Counted from the first letter of the stretch, positions 1 to 14,054 are shown. The stretch is 64,000 nucleotides of DNA from Octopus sinensis (GCF_006345805.1 NC_042998.1:66154001-66218000); one strand, 5' to 3'. A program made the numbers and translations. Notes: generated by a model from the letters alone, not told the origin.

Positions 1-473
1 TTACTCACAGGAACTGGATAATTCCTACCCCATTTCTTGTTTTGACATTCATTTAACAAACATCCTAAATTAAACACAACATGGATTTAATAACATGGAT
101 CATAATCCTCCAAGGTAATTTTTCCAAGAACTATCTTTCAACTAGAGATACAAAATGACTATACAAGGTAACGGTGTACCTATTTTTTTAATTTTTGTAC
201 ATGTTTATTATTTTTTTGCAAAAAACAATGTAATTTTCTTTTTTCGCGCTCCTCAATTATAAAAAAAATTTCTTTTCACCTTACAATTCTGGAAAAGTGG
301 CATTGCGACGAAATCCTGTTAGAGTTAATATCTATATTTTTTTTGATTTTTAAAATTTTCCATACAACCATTTTCATTAAAATTTACCTTCAATTTAGCA
401 TTCTGCGTTTTACAATTCTTCCTTGCCTGTATATATATATAATATATATATATGTATATAAATATACAAATAT

Positions 474-618
474 GGGCGTAGGAGTGGTTCTGTGGTTAGT
501 GGCTTGCTTTCAAACCACATGGTTCCGGGTTTAGTTCTGGGGTGGATTTGTTCGACTAAAGGCGGTGCTCGAGCATGGCCACATCACAAGACTGAAACAA
601 GTAAAGGATTAAAAGAGT
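474..618 (+). mobile_element. tRNA-derived CORE-type SINE, internally deleted copy
   Basis: Head GGCGTAGGAGTGGTTCTGTGGTTAGT...GGTTCCGGGTTTAG joined to tail GATTTGTTCGACTAAAGGCGGTGCTCGAGCATGGCC...GACTGAAACAAGTAAA; both match the full copy at 59122-59532. Confidence 0.8.
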
Positions 619-665
619 ATATATATATATGTAAATAAAATATGTGACAATTATTCGGTAACCAT

Positions 666-725
666 GATAAAATTCCGAGTTTCGGATGTCGGGGCGGAAA
701 CCCACACCGCATCTCTTCAGTTATC
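666..725 (-). ncRNA. Type I hammerhead ribozyme motif, near-intact
   Basis: Minus strand: GATAA CTGAAGA GATG...CATC C GAAA CTCGGAA TT TTATC; perfect 5-bp stem I, stem II present, one mismatch in stem III. Confidence 0.65.
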
Positions 726-2426
726 GGACTATGAAAATGACTGTTAAAACAAAGGGAAATTACTGTGTGATTGCTCGTTATTAAGACAAAAGAGCCATTA
801 GAATGACCGCTAAATGAGGGTAGGGAGTAAAGATAAGGGAGTAAAAATGTTCATAGTAATCAGGTAAGCGATCGTGTCCATACATACACATGCGCACCCG
901 CACACCCACGTACATGCTCCTATATGTGTATACTCATCTACCTTAACTTGTAACATACACATGCTCACTTACATACACGCTCGCACACACACACACAGAC
1001 ACACAACAAAGTTTCATACTCACGTCTATATACGCACATGCACACGAAAAAACAGGGCTAAAGGCAACATATAGAAAAATGTGTAAAAAATAAGCAATAA
1101 GAGTAAAACACGTCTATATAGGCACATTCTCATATCCACGAACACACACTCACGTCTATATACGCACAGGAAAAATGCAGGGTGGAAGGTAGAAAACAGA
1201 AAAATTATGTGTAAAAATATATATGACCAATAAAACTATAAACCATATATATATTGTATAAAAGATCGTGTGTAAGGCCAAAACAACGCGAAGTAAATGC
1301 AGGTGAAATCACAAGAATAACAAATATGTGAATTAAAGTAAACACCTTGTATTCAATATTTCGGGGTTATGAACCCATTTTCAAGAAATTGAAGAATATT
1401 GCCGATGAGCGTGTGTGTGCACATCGGCAACATTCGTCAATTACCCATGATTTTTTATACAATATATTCTACACAATGTTTCACAGTAATTATTCCATTA
1501 TAAGGTATATGTATGTACGTATATATATGTGTATGTATGTATGTATGTATGTATGTATGTATGTACGTATGTATGTATGTATGTATATATGCACACCCAC
1601 TCCAAACACACGCATTTTATAAACTTCCCTTCATGAGGGCCTTCAAGCGTTTCATCGACAATGGATTGTTCATAATTCTTGCCGGCAATAAATGTCCGAA
1701 CATTATGTTAAAATTTGTTGTTACGATACAATTGCTGTGAGTTTCATTTTAAAACTTCGTATTCTGTTTGCAGCATGCCCTGTGTTTCTGTTACCACACA
1801 TATTGCATTTTATTATTAATAAAAATTCTATGCTTAATTATCTACTGTTGTTGAAACGCATTATTTGCATTGACTTACTGCATATAGTAGTTTTCTTGTA
1901 GGCAGTTTTGATTGGCACAGCGTACTTATAATAAAGGTCAGCACAGTAGCTGTCATAGCAAAAGCCTTAGAGACAAGTGACAGAGAAAGAAAATTTAGAA
2001 TCTCTTAAAGCCCATATGTACATATATATATATATGTGTGGTGTGTGTGTGTGTGTGTGTGTGTGTGTTTCTGCATGTGGTAAGTATGTATGAATGTACG
2101 GAAGATTCTATGCTCTTAATCATAAAATCGCTAGATACTGCATGAGCAGAATATAATTTGTAATGTAAGAATGACTTTTTTCTTTTCTATCAGACTTTTT
2201 GTGCGACTATCGCAATTAATATTAAACAAATTGAGTACAACACCTGCTTCCCTGTCACCTAGGGCAAAAAGACTGGCACTGAGCCGAGTAGTTTCACTAT
2301 CAAATTAGCAATATATTCATATATCTATATCGCTGGATGTAGATGTTTTATGTGTATGTGTACGTATATACCAGTATGTGCACATTTGCAATACATATAT
2401 TTACGAGTATATATATATATACATAT

Positions 2427-2505
<79 letters not shown>

Positions 2506-2584
2506 ATATATATATATCATATATATATATATATAATACATATACATGTATATATACACACACGATTAACCGCTTGCTACTAAA

Positions 2585-2750
2585 GCTTTATTTCTTCTTT
2601 TCTATCTCTCTGTATATTTTCTTGTGTTTCAAACTGGGAAAGCGTACGCTCGAACGTAAAATACTTTCTCACATTCCCGAATGTTTAAACTAATGCACCT
2701 GATCGTTGTTTACAGACTCGTCTCGTCTTTTGGTTTGTAGATTACAACAA
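2585..2750 (+). mobile_element. Short PLE-like module with degenerate hammerhead, flanked by (TA)n
   Basis: AGCGTACGCTCGAACGTAAAATAC resembles the stem II-GAAA-CG-TA-AAAC layout of the 62257-62293 motif. Confidence 0.4.
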
Positions 2751-3187
2751 TATATATATATATATATATTTTATATATATATATATTAATAGCTATCGCC
2801 AAGCTAACATGGCAATCCAGAAACTAGGATGAATGCTGCCGTTGGTTAGCTCCAAGAGGCCATGAGACACACAAACCTGTGTCCATTACATCCTTCGAAC
2901 AGGGAAGATCAGCAGCTTCCCCTTACTGGTCTGGCATCCAGAGACTATTTTCGTGGTGGTTGCCTCTTATGAATGTGGAGTAGCCGAACCCAACAGGCGT
3001 CGCGGCTGACCGACTTTTCGAACGATTATTTACTTAAATTCAGTGGAATTTAGGCAACCACTCGAAACCAGTGTGTGGATGGCAGTCTTTAAAGTTTTCG
3101 AGCTACGCCCTCCCACAGAAAGGAACACAGAAAGAATCAAGGAGAGAAAATAACGATATATGTAGTTGCTAGCGATCTATCATAGCG

Positions 3188-3221
<34 letters not shown>

Positions 3222-3244
3222 CATATATATATATATATGCATTT

Positions 3245-5405
3245 ATGAGAGATTCTCAAACAAGATTGGCCTACATGTCTCTCCACACCAGACATTGACA
3301 TGAAACACAAACATTTAATAATCATAATACAAGCCATATGTGACAAATGTGTCCCAGAGCGGAGTGACACATTAACAGGATCCCTAGGGAAGGAAGATTC
3401 TTAAGGGACGACAAAGAATATGCATCGATTGAACAAGCATCCTAGAAGGGGGGACAACGCTGTTGGAGATCGGGAAACGTCTGCATGAATATCACGAAAA
3501 AGAGAGAACATATAAGGAATCTTGGATTATAGAAAGTATCAAATTGAATCCTAAATCTTTCTTTAACTTTGCCAGAGAAAAAGCCACATTACACCACAAG
3601 ATAGGACCCTTCTTCCGAAAAGAATTATCCCTCAAAAGAAACCAATGACGATACGAGAAATACTGAGCGAACATTTCCAAAGGCTATGCATTATACGTCT
3701 GGGACACGGGCAAGTGAATAAACCAGCAGAATTTTTACCTGTAACGAAAGAAGCGAAAATTGATTACATAAAAATTTAAGAATATGTAACACTGGCCATA
3801 CATGAAATTGGCACAAACCCAGCCGCTAGGCTGAGGGATTCCCAGCACTCCTTCGTAAATCGTGAAAAGGAGCCCTTGCAAAACCACCGTAGCTTCTTTT
3901 TCAACCTTCCCTTGCAAGTGGTAAACTTCCAGCCTCATGAATGACGGAATAATATGCTCTATCCATAGAAGAGGAAGCAGAGTAGATGTTAAAAATTATA
4001 GGTCTATCTTTGTGACCCCACACATCAGCAAAGTCATAGGACAGATGCTCTGCTAGAAGCTAAACACGTTCCATTAAGAAAATAACTTGCTGACTGATAC
4101 CCAGGATAGATTTCGAATACTTAGATGATGCCTGATACAGGTCTTACAACATTACGATTGAGTTTAAAAAGAAGCTGCTAAATGACTCAAGTGTGGATGT
4201 GACATATCTTGACTTTCCAAAAGCCTTTGAAGAAGTCCACCATGGTATGACATGCCGCAAAATGCGTGATCTCGATATAGTCGAAATCTTGGAGAGTGTC
4301 TGCACGACTTTCTAAAAGACAAAAATCAGGCAGTGGAGACCAATGGAGCGACATCAAAGGGAGCACAAACAACAAATGGTGTTCTAAATGACACTGTCTT
4401 AGGTCCACTGCTATTCATAATGACCCTTTCAGACAGGCCCTGAGCTGCTCAGATAGCCACCCTTGCTGGCTGTGCACATGGCACAAAATCTCTAACAATA
4501 CAAATCCTGGAAATATTGCGTATCTGCAACGGGAGCTGGACACATTATGAAGGTGGTGTGAGGACAGCAAGATGCAGTTTAATGCAGGACGATTCGAAAC
4601 CCTGCGCTACCAAAACACATTGCTGAATAACATGCAGGCAGGATAAATTGGCACCGAAGTAATTGCAATACCTCAATCAAAATCACTGCGTGACCTGGGC
4701 ATTGACATGAGCAATGATGTATCTTTTCAGGTGCACATTACCAATTTGGTAATAAAATTCTGACGGCTAGCTGTATGGATCCGCCGAACTTTCAAAACGA
4801 GAAAAAGGGTGCCAATGATGGTCCTCTACAGCCGGTTGGAATACTGCTGCCAACTATGGTCACCGCACAATACAAAGTTAACGACGGATCTCGAGGCAAT
4901 CCAAAGAAGCTACAAAAAGAACATTGTCTCAATGCAATGTATTAGGTATTGAGAAAAATTGAAAGAATTAAAACTCTTCAATCTAGAACAAATGCGGGAA
5001 TAATAAGCAGTGATATACATCTGGAAAATCCTGTAAGGCCTTGTACCAAACTTTGTTATTCAACGTTACACAAAGAGCAGAACGGAGCTCCACTGCATAG
5101 TGTCGAAGATCCCTGCATCGCTATAAAAATAGAGGACCAGATACTGCAACAACTTGGGTTTGAAGGGCCGATAGCACTTTAATATCTTTCCAAAATGCCT
5201 GAGACACCTGCATAATGAGGATGTACCTGTCTTACAAAAAATAATGGATTTCCTCCTGGCAAGAGTTCCAGATGAGCCTACCTCGAGACCGGAAACACAA
5301 ACGACGGCAGCAGCCATCAGATTCCATCATTCACCAAATACCACATATAACAGAGGTTTTCAAATAATGGTTTAGCACCGCCGCATGTGGTCCCAATGAT
5401 TAAAG
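3245..5405 (+). mobile_element. Degenerate CR1/L2-type LINE, RT and 3' region (pseudogenised)
   Basis: Broken-frame motifs IKLNPKSFFNFAREK, DVTYLDFPKAF, TVLGPLLF, LRDLGIDMSND, RLEYCCQLWSP, YCNNLGFEGP; homologous to 18105-22050. Confidence 0.88.
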
Positions 5406-5658
5406 ATTAAAGATTATATATATATATATAATATATATATATATTATATATATATATTATATATATATATGCACATGTATGTGCACGTGTATATGTATGT
5501 ACATATATATAATATATATATATGCATCTATATATGTATATATATGCATCTATATATGTATATATATATATATGTGTATATATATATATAATATATATAT
5601 ATATGTATACATATGTATGTGCACGGTATATGTGTGTACATATATATAAGATATATAC

Positions 5659-5690
<32 letters not shown>

Positions 5691-5722
5691 GCATCTATAT
5701 ATGTATATATGTATTTATATTA

Positions 5723-5782
<60 letters not shown>

Positions 5783-5811
5783 TATATATATATGTATATG
5801 TATCTATGTCT

Positions 5812-5922
5812 AAATTTTAATAATGAGGGGGAAAAATTGAATATTAATGTGATTAATATCAATTTAAAACCAGTGGCCTAGCATAGCATATACAAAAATC
5901 CTGAAAATTTATAAACATCACA
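5812..5922 (-). mobile_element. Fragment of the PLE-like terminal repeat family seen at 53580-54214
   Basis: AATAATGAGGGGGAAAAATTGAATATTAAT...ATCAATTTAAAACCAGTGGCCTAG matches AATAAGGGTGAAAAAATTGGATATTAAT...AATTTAAGACCAAGTGGCTTAG; lies between TA tracts. Confidence 0.6.
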
Positions 5923-6767
5923 TGTATATATATATATATAATATATATATTTAATGTATATATATATATATATGTATATATATAAATACTTATATACATA
6001 TATGTATGCATATGATTGTACATATGTGTTTGTGTCTCGGTATGTGTGTGTATGCATATATACAAACATACATAGCATACATAGAGGAGAGTGTGTTATA
6101 AGTTTTTTTTTCTATTTTACTGTTTCTAAAGCATATATTTTCAATTTTGCCGTCTCATAAACTGCCATTTACAATACCGTTAAAATACTATTATGCGGCA
6201 ATATTATTTATCGACTTTTTCCAGAATTCAAATATTAAAGTATCAGAGCTTCATGTCTGAATCTTCTTTAGTTCATTTCATGTTATTATTGTCCATATTT
6301 ACCGTAGGAAACAAAACATTATTTTGTTTTAACATACTATTGCAATGTGATAACATATAATGTTTCGGAGAATCGCTCTAAAGAAAATAAGTCACGTCGA
6401 GCAAACGTTAGAATGTTTCCACATTTCACTTCAGAACGTATGTTTAAACACTTCTGTGTCATACAACAATTTCGGATAAATGTATTGAAATATAATTGGA
6501 AAATTACTCTTTTTGATTTAGCGACAATCTACATCTATACTTATACACATAAACACTATAGAAAATCTCAAACACGCACGCAAACACATATACACATATA
6601 TTCATATATCGCATATATATAAATTTTATATATATGATATGTAATCCGGAGGCTGGAGCTAGAGATGCGTATTTCCAGTGACTGTTGTGAACCTGGATCC
6701 TAACGGATTAGCTATTGCACCAGTTAGGCTTTGTACCATCAGCGGCGAAAACACTTCGTATTTTTTG

Positions 6768-6801
<34 letters not shown>

Positions 6802-7889
6802 GGTGTATGGATATAGTATACATTTATATATGATAGCGTTTGAATATGAGTGTATACACATATATGTATGTTAGTATGAATGCTTGTGTGTATATATGTA
6901 TGTAAGTATGTATGTATGTGTGTGTGCACGTGCGATAGACCACATCTATTTTCCATAATACAATTTTATTTACATAAACTCGAGGCAAATTTTCACAGCA
7001 AAACTTAATAATATGGTACAAATAAAATAATGTTTACAACGCTGAGAATATTTCATATGCGATCTCTGGAATTGAATTAAAATCTCCGGAACATATAATA
7101 TAAAGGTTAGCAAATTTCTTTTATTTGGCCATAGCTTAGATGTCTATGTTTCTCTGTAGTTGCTTATAATTTACTACAACCACCATTTTGCTGGTAATGA
7201 AATTTAATTAAGTGGAATACATTGCAAACCATTTTGTTGACAACCAATAATTGTTTTCTCACAGACAGAGAAGAAATTAGAAGGTTTCATTATTGGTGAC
7301 AGCATCGAATAACGTTGCATTCTATGTTCTCAGAAATATGAAAGAGGTGTGAAGAATCAATAAACTTGAAATATCAATGCAGCAGCTTCCCCAAAGTAGG
7401 TGCCTCCCCCCAATATGTTAGTGGAGGTACCTGTCTAACCAGTCCAGAACACCTGACACAAGTAATTTCTCACGCTTAATACAAAGATCACATACCCTTA
7501 GCATAACCTTTAATAATCCATAATTCATGCGGTCGAGACACATTACACCAATGACATGAAGCATGATAGTTTAGGAAAGTGTGGACATAATGTCTCGTCA
7601 CATCACATTCCGGATCCCTTTGTTCTTTGGATTTCCATCCTCTCTAATTAGAGAGCATTAAATTCAAACTTGTAGTATAAGACGACAAAGTAGTCACGGC
7701 TGAAAAAACATATGATGGACTAAAATGAAGAAAGGCAGTTAAGAAACATTTAAATACCAAACTAACTGACGAACTACGTGCACCGAAACAGGGCAACTGT
7801 TCCGCACAGACGAAAATAATTATATTCAAATTATGAAACATATATATATATATAATATGTGTATGTGTTGAAATTGTTTAAAGATAGAT

Positions 7890-8904
7890 ATGTTTCTTTA
7901 TTAGCCACACAGGGCTGCACACAGATAGAACAAATTACAAGGTAGAGCTTTTCTTTTGAAGGTATTAAAAAAAAAAAAAAAAAAAAAGGAAGGGGGAGGT
8001 TCGATCAAAAGGGATCGTAAAAGGAGAGAAAGAGGACAAAATTAAGGGGGGTTAAAAAAAAAAAATAAAAAAAAATAAAAAAAAGGGGGGGAGAGGAAAA
8101 AAATGATCAATAGGGATCGTTATCACAGAAATGTCAATATGAAGTGTAAGGGGAGGACAGGTGAGGTTTCCCGTGGAAAGAAAAGCCTGCGGAAAAGACC
8201 ACGGTAACCTCGGTCATGAAGTCACATTTTATATTCTTTTTTTTTTTTTTTTTTTTTTGCAAATAAGCAACTCTCTTTTTTCGATTTCTGGGTTCATAGG
8301 ACTATGCTCAAGGTGGCTTCGTCATTCATACGTGCCATTCTTTCTACATTCACCCCTCTTTTTTTAAAAACATTCGCTAGACAAAACTTGCCTCTCTACT
8401 CTCACTTTCCTTTTCAAGTGGTACTTGAAGAAGTTGATGAGAGATTGACCAGAGAGGAAAGTGTTTGTCTCCAATCCTTTCAGACGCGTCCACCAGATAC
8501 ATTCTTTCGCCATAGCCACAAGGATGATGAAAATAGCTCTTCCTTCCCGTTTGAAGGAAGGAGGCGTGACAATATTGACGATAGACTCAGCTGATAAACC
8601 GACTCGTCCCCACTGACAGCAGTTGTTCGACATAAGCCCACAGGTCGGAAATTGTTGGACACTGAACGAGTGCGTGCAGAACGGTTTCGTCGCTCTGACC
8701 GCATCTCGGGCAGGTCGGCCCCGTGTTTCTCGAGCCGTGTCTGTAGAGCTTATCCCGAACGGGTAGCGCTTCTCGGTAGCACTGCCAGGCCAGGGATCTC
8801 TGGAAGTTGTCCATGGGCCCTGGCCCGAAAGTCGTCCCGAACAGGCGGGTCAGGTACTCCTCGTCGACGTCCAGGTTCGCCCCGAGCTCGTCGTCGTACC
8901 TCCC
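7890..8904 (-). mobile_element. Tx1-like LINE, 5'-truncated (C-terminal zinc knuckle plus 3' UTR)
   Basis: ORF 8587-8814 encodes TCPRCGQSDETVLHALVQC; high similarity to 16518-17493; flanked by AGATAGAT direct repeats (7882-7889, 8905-8912). Confidence 0.92.
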
Positions 8905-9013
8905 AGATAGATTTCCAAATGTTTTCTCTGTTAATTTAGGTATTTAACAGTGGAACCAGTGAAATATCGGTATTTCTTCATCGCTATTTTTCATTTACTG
9001 GATAAATTTAAAG

Positions 9014-9047
<34 letters not shown>

Positions 9048-9054
9048 ATATGAA

Positions 9055-9430
9055 TAAATAAAAGAATGGAATGGAGTCGAACGAAGATGTTTACAAAATT
9101 CCTTTATTCTCGACATATGTTTCGAAGACAACATGGTTTCATTCCAAAGGAATAAAGGGTGTGAGATGCAATCTTTTCATCAGGAAAGAAAGGGAGCCTC
9201 TCTCAACAACAAGACAAACAAAAATTTCGATGGTAAACAAAACGATAATAAGTGTTTTAAAAAAGCCGATAGTAGAATTGACGTCAAAGTTAGATAGTAG
9301 GAAGAGAAGAATTAAAGGAATAATAGGTAGGGAACAAGTGGAGAGCGAGTGTACGTTGATTAAAAGAATGTTCAAAGGCTTAGGAAAGAATTTCGCTATT
9401 GAAGTGGAGTGCACGTTAAGCTAATTGTTC
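9055..9430 (-). mobile_element. PLE 3' end / pseudo-LTR fragment
   Basis: Carries the hammerhead at 9107-9187, preceded by a KFFPKPLN-type GIY-YIG C-terminal signature; ends in (TA)n. Confidence 0.55.
9107..9187 (-). ncRNA. Type I hammerhead ribozyme motif, intact core
   Basis: Minus strand: TTTC CTGATGA A AAGAT...GTCTT C GAAA CATATG TC GAGAA; palindromic helix III CATATG, GUC cleavage triplet. Confidence 0.75.
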
Positions 9431-9565
9431 AAACCACAGTAACTAATCATTTATATGAGTAAAAATTATGTTTCTGCCAGTGTTTACATTTGTACGATTT
9501 CTCTATGATGTGTTTTACAAGGGGAACCTCAGAGAAGAGATAGGGTATTCATTCAACACACCACA

Positions 9566-9604
<39 letters not shown>

Positions 9605-9976
9605 GTTAATTTGAAATCTGTACCCTCATTAGGGACTATATAATATATCACATAAGGTATTCCACTGGTTAATCCCTATCATATGGCTAATCCCTATCAT
9701 ATAGTGCGAAAATCATTGGTATATGTTAGAGATTATTGAAATTATGTATTATCAATATTGAAGGAAAAACAAATGAAAAAATTGGCATGCATGAACAATT
9801 TATTTTATAAAAACATAAGAGTAAAATTTAATTGATTACAAGTTGTAGATCGCAAAAAAAAATCTACCAAAATGTTTCAGTTCTATCACATTTAACCTAG
9901 AGTATTAGTCAGTTTAATACTCTGCATGCATCCTTCAAAAGTGAAATTATATCCTAACTTCCATTAGCTCAAAATT

Positions 9977-10093
9977 AATCCTGAAGAAGTTCTACCCCCA
10001 TATAGTTAGAATATGATGCATTTCTTAGCACTGAAGTAAATGCTTTGAATTTCTGATCAACTAGATGGTAGAACTGAAGCATATATGTAGGTT
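9977..10093 (+). ncRNA. Type I hammerhead motif with long stem II, A15.1 changed to G
   Basis: AATC CTGAAGA AGTTCTACC...GGTAGAACT GAAG CATATATG TA GGTT. Confidence 0.7.
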
Positions 10094-10146
10094 CCATTAT
10101 TTTTTATTTCTTTAGCTTTGCAAAATATATGTATATGTATATGTAT

Positions 10147-10189
<43 letters not shown>

Positions 10190-10511
10190 CGTATATAAAT
10201 CTGTGTTGCAAGATTCCTAATGTGAACTCATGTGTTTTTGCCATTATATATTCGTCTTTCACTCGTTTATTACTGTTCTTAGTTTAACTCCTGTCCATTA
10301 TCCGGAAATATTTCATCACACATCTATGACCTCCTCAGCAACACTTTACGTCTGCATGTGCGCTTTTGCTCTGTTTCTTGCATTCTATTCTGTTTTTGTG
10401 TCTATGTGTGTAAATGTGCGTGTGTGTCATTGATTTTAGTAGCACTATGATCCTCCTCTCAGCCCTTTCTCCTATACCGCTGCTGCTTTTGTTGCCCTAG
10501 AACACGACATT

Positions 10512-10655
10512 TTCTGAGTTCAAATTCTGCTGAGGTCGACTTTGCTTTGCATCCTTTTCAGGTCTATAAATTAAGCAGTATTTGCTAACTGGGGTCGCAA
10601 CTAATCGACTGGCCGCCACCCCAAATATCTCAGCATTTGTGCCTAGAGTGGGAAA
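10512..10655 (+). mobile_element. tRNA-derived SINE family 2, partial
   Basis: TTCTGAGTTCAAATTCTGCTGAGGTCGACTTTGCTTTGCATCCTTTTCAGGTC central domain shared with many copies in the window. Confidence 0.75.
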
Positions 10656-10879
10656 AATATATGTTTTAGTCTGCTGAAAATTTTTAGCCTATTCTTAATA
10701 ATACAAATATTTTACAATCTGCTGACCACTGTAATTTTTGATCTGAAATAAAATCCTTAGAGTCTTTGTTAAGAAATGTGTTGTTTGTGTTCTTGAAGAG
10801 ATTTATATCATTCTAACTATGCATTGTTTTTGTCAAACCGGTAAATACATACAGATTCAATTGCACCTATGAAAACATA

Positions 10880-11140
10880 TTGATTTCAAATTGTTGCAGA
10901 AGATCTGCAATTTCAAGTTAGAGATACGCCATTTTCATCGACCCCATTGCTCAAATGTTAATTATTTGTTTCGTTTCTGAAAGAATGGAAGGCAAAGTCT
11001 ACCTCAAGGGTATCTCAACTCAGAAAGGAAAGTCGGAAGAAATGCTGGTAAGCATTTCTAGGCGCACTAACATAAAGACAGACGAAATGCTGTTTACCAG
11101 TTTCCCCAACGTGCTAATAATTCTACCGGCTCGTCACATT
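10880..11140 (-). mobile_element. SINE family 2, degenerate
   Basis: ATCGACCCCATTGCTCA...GAAAGAATGGAAGGCAAAGTCTACCTC...AACTCAGAA...GTGCTAATAATTCTACCGGCTCG; head region duplicated. Confidence 0.7.
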
Positions 11141-12431
11141 TATCGGCAGACAACATAATCCTGATTGGTTATGGCAGCAATATTCATATGACAACTAAAG
11201 ATGAACATTAACATACAGCACACCCATCACAACTGCTAGTAAGTTGAAAAGCAATCACTGTCTAACGTTAAATTTCTGGCAGGAAAATCCGTATAAATAT
11301 AACACATCTGCATTTAAAAAGGGAGCAAGAAGTTCAAACACAGTTTTATGTCGCGGAAACTTATAGCATGGAAATGCGATAATAAAGGCAAGTGGAGGAA
11401 ATTTTACTTCTGCATGCAGTATAAGGGTCTGTATTCAGATAATAGAATACATAATAGAATACAAAAGAGTGAATTACAATATCATGGATATCTTCACGAC
11501 AGGGCCACAATTTTGCTTAAGTTTGTGTCATCCATTCAACAACGCACACACCATTTCGCGCGCGCATAAGTGTCTTGTGTGTAATTGCTGCGATGTATGT
11601 TATTTATAAATGTAATAACACGATACGTCATATTTAACAAGCTAAATATTTAGTATATTTTACATGCTGAAATTACACATAGAAATATACGTATTTCTAT
11701 AAATTATTTAATCAACTTGAATGTTCATTTCTATTTTCGTATGTACGAATGAGCGAGAGTGTGGAACAATTTACACTTGTTAGAGAATATATTCATAAAT
11801 CAGTTTTGGTCATCGTTCTGATAGTTATAACAACTCCAAGTTCAACAGAATATAAATGTATTTAATTGGCGCCTGTAATTCTAGAAGTTTCAGGTCGACC
11901 ATAAAATCATTGTGGTGTTGTTTATGTTTGTACTTGCTTGTATTTCAGCTGTACTGTAGCGACATTATTGCTTTCAATCATTTCTCAAGTTCATCTTGTA
12001 CGCTGCAATTTTTCAACAGCCGTTGAACTTCGAAGTGACTGCCAACAAAATTATGATAAATATTAGATTCATCACGTTGTATTAGTGCTTTTATTCAATC
12101 AACATATATCGTTATATACTTCAAGCCGCTCACATTTAACATGTATACCTGTGTGTCATTTTGTATATGCGTTTGTTTTGGATCATGCGCATTTATTAGT
12201 TCGTATATGCGTTTGTGTTTCCCGTGTGTTTATTAATGTTGGCAAAATTTCTTGCGACCTCTTCATGCAAAAAGATTTACGGATAAATACATTTGTGTAA
12301 GAGTTAATTTCTGTCCAGAATATTTCGTCGCGAAAATGCTTTTCTCCGGAGATTTTTAATTCCCGTGACAAGAGGTGCCGTGTTGAGAGACGTTAAACAC
12401 TTACTATTCTACCTGCATAATAACTATAATA

Positions 12432-12645
12432 ACCTTTCTATATATAGATACATAGTCTGAAGTTTTGGGGAAGGTGATATTCAATGATATCGATCCCAGT
12501 TTTTTAACAGGAACTCATTTTGTCGATACCGAACAGATAGAGTACAAAATCAGACTCGGAGAAATTTGAAGGCAGAACGAACATCAAGACAGACGAAATG
12601 CTGCTAAGCATTTTTCCTGGAATGCTAATATTCCTGTTAGCTTGA
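12432..12645 (-). mobile_element. SINE family 2, degenerate
   Basis: ATCGATCCCAGT...GACAGACGAAATGCTGCTAAGCATTTTTCCTGGAATGCTAA. Confidence 0.65.
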
Positions 12646-13905
12646 AGCATTGTTAATTACAATAATAATGACTTCCAATAAGTCATTTTTCATGATTGCG
12701 CTGCTTTTTACGATGTCTGTGAGTTTGCAAAAAACATGAAGATCACCTCAACCAAAAAGTGAATTTTTTTGTATCTTTCTTTCCCAGAATATAAAGGAAA
12801 CTCTCAACCTGACTTCTTTACAAATATTGACAACAACGTTAAATTCTCTTTCTGGTGGAGATTTGTGAATCTATTTGGTGTCTAAATTTCTAATTTGTAA
12901 TGATATTAGTAACATATTTATATGCCAAGCACAAATTATTTCCCTCTTTGTTTTCTTTTCCTCATCAAGCACAAGTGTAATTACGTCAAGTTAGCAGATG
13001 ATATTCACCAGTTTCTTCTCTACAGATTTTCGATAAAATTGAGTGAACACGGAAAGTTACGAAGTCCAAGTCATTACCTATCCACTAATATATTGCTTAA
13101 TTCGAAATACAGTGTGCATTCCAGCAATGAATATGGTCGCAGCAGTTGTTAGGAATGTGTTTAATGGGTGAATTTGTTTATCCACCGCTTAACGTAATGG
13201 CTATTTACACAATGTATTCGTGGAGAATTAATGCGTTGAACTAGGCGCCGAGAAAGTTGCAATGACTCCTGAAATATGGATCTACACACGTAAAATATTT
13301 ACTGTCTTCGATTAAATTGTTTACACAGACGTATTCGTATACGAAATGTCATGACTTTCATCGCTGGCTGCAAAGTCTATTGAAAATCTGTAGAGATATA
13401 CAAAGAAAATGAAAACAACACGCTGCTAACGCGACATAGGACACGGTGCTGACTTTAAAGATTTTTAAAGACTTGGTACTATAATATGGTTTGAAAATTT
13501 GCTGAAAAGCCTTACAAGTATAATATAAATTATGGCGCCCACATTCCAGTTCACATGGTAGATGAAAATCGATAGATCAGGTGATATTTTGTAATAATAC
13601 ATCGAAACTGTAATAAGAAATTCTACTAAAATTGCTAAAGCAGCAACAATTTAGTTCAGGATATAATTGGAATAATTAGTAACACATATTTTATCTTTGT
13701 TTTGTGATTTCAATTGTAGGAAATGTACTTTTGAAAACAGAATTCTAATTATTCCTGTTTAACAATATAAATTCATACGGCTGGGTGAAGAGACTATAGT
13801 GTAGCAAAGTGGTGGACGAATAGTGATATTGCATTTTAACATTATAATCACAAAGCAGGAAGCTGTAATTTATCGTACTATCTCTCTCACTCTCCCTCCT
13901 CTATT

Positions 13906-14054
<149 letters not shown>

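Noticed and set aside
1015-1240. Diverged ~130-bp direct repeat starting CACGTCTATATACGCACA
   Set aside because: Probably internal duplication in a retroelement UTR upstream of the 666-725 hammerhead; no regular array.
5407-6160. Many YIYI/ICIC-rich ORFs here and throughout the window
   Set aside because: Translations of (TA)n/(TG)n microsatellites, which lack stop codons.
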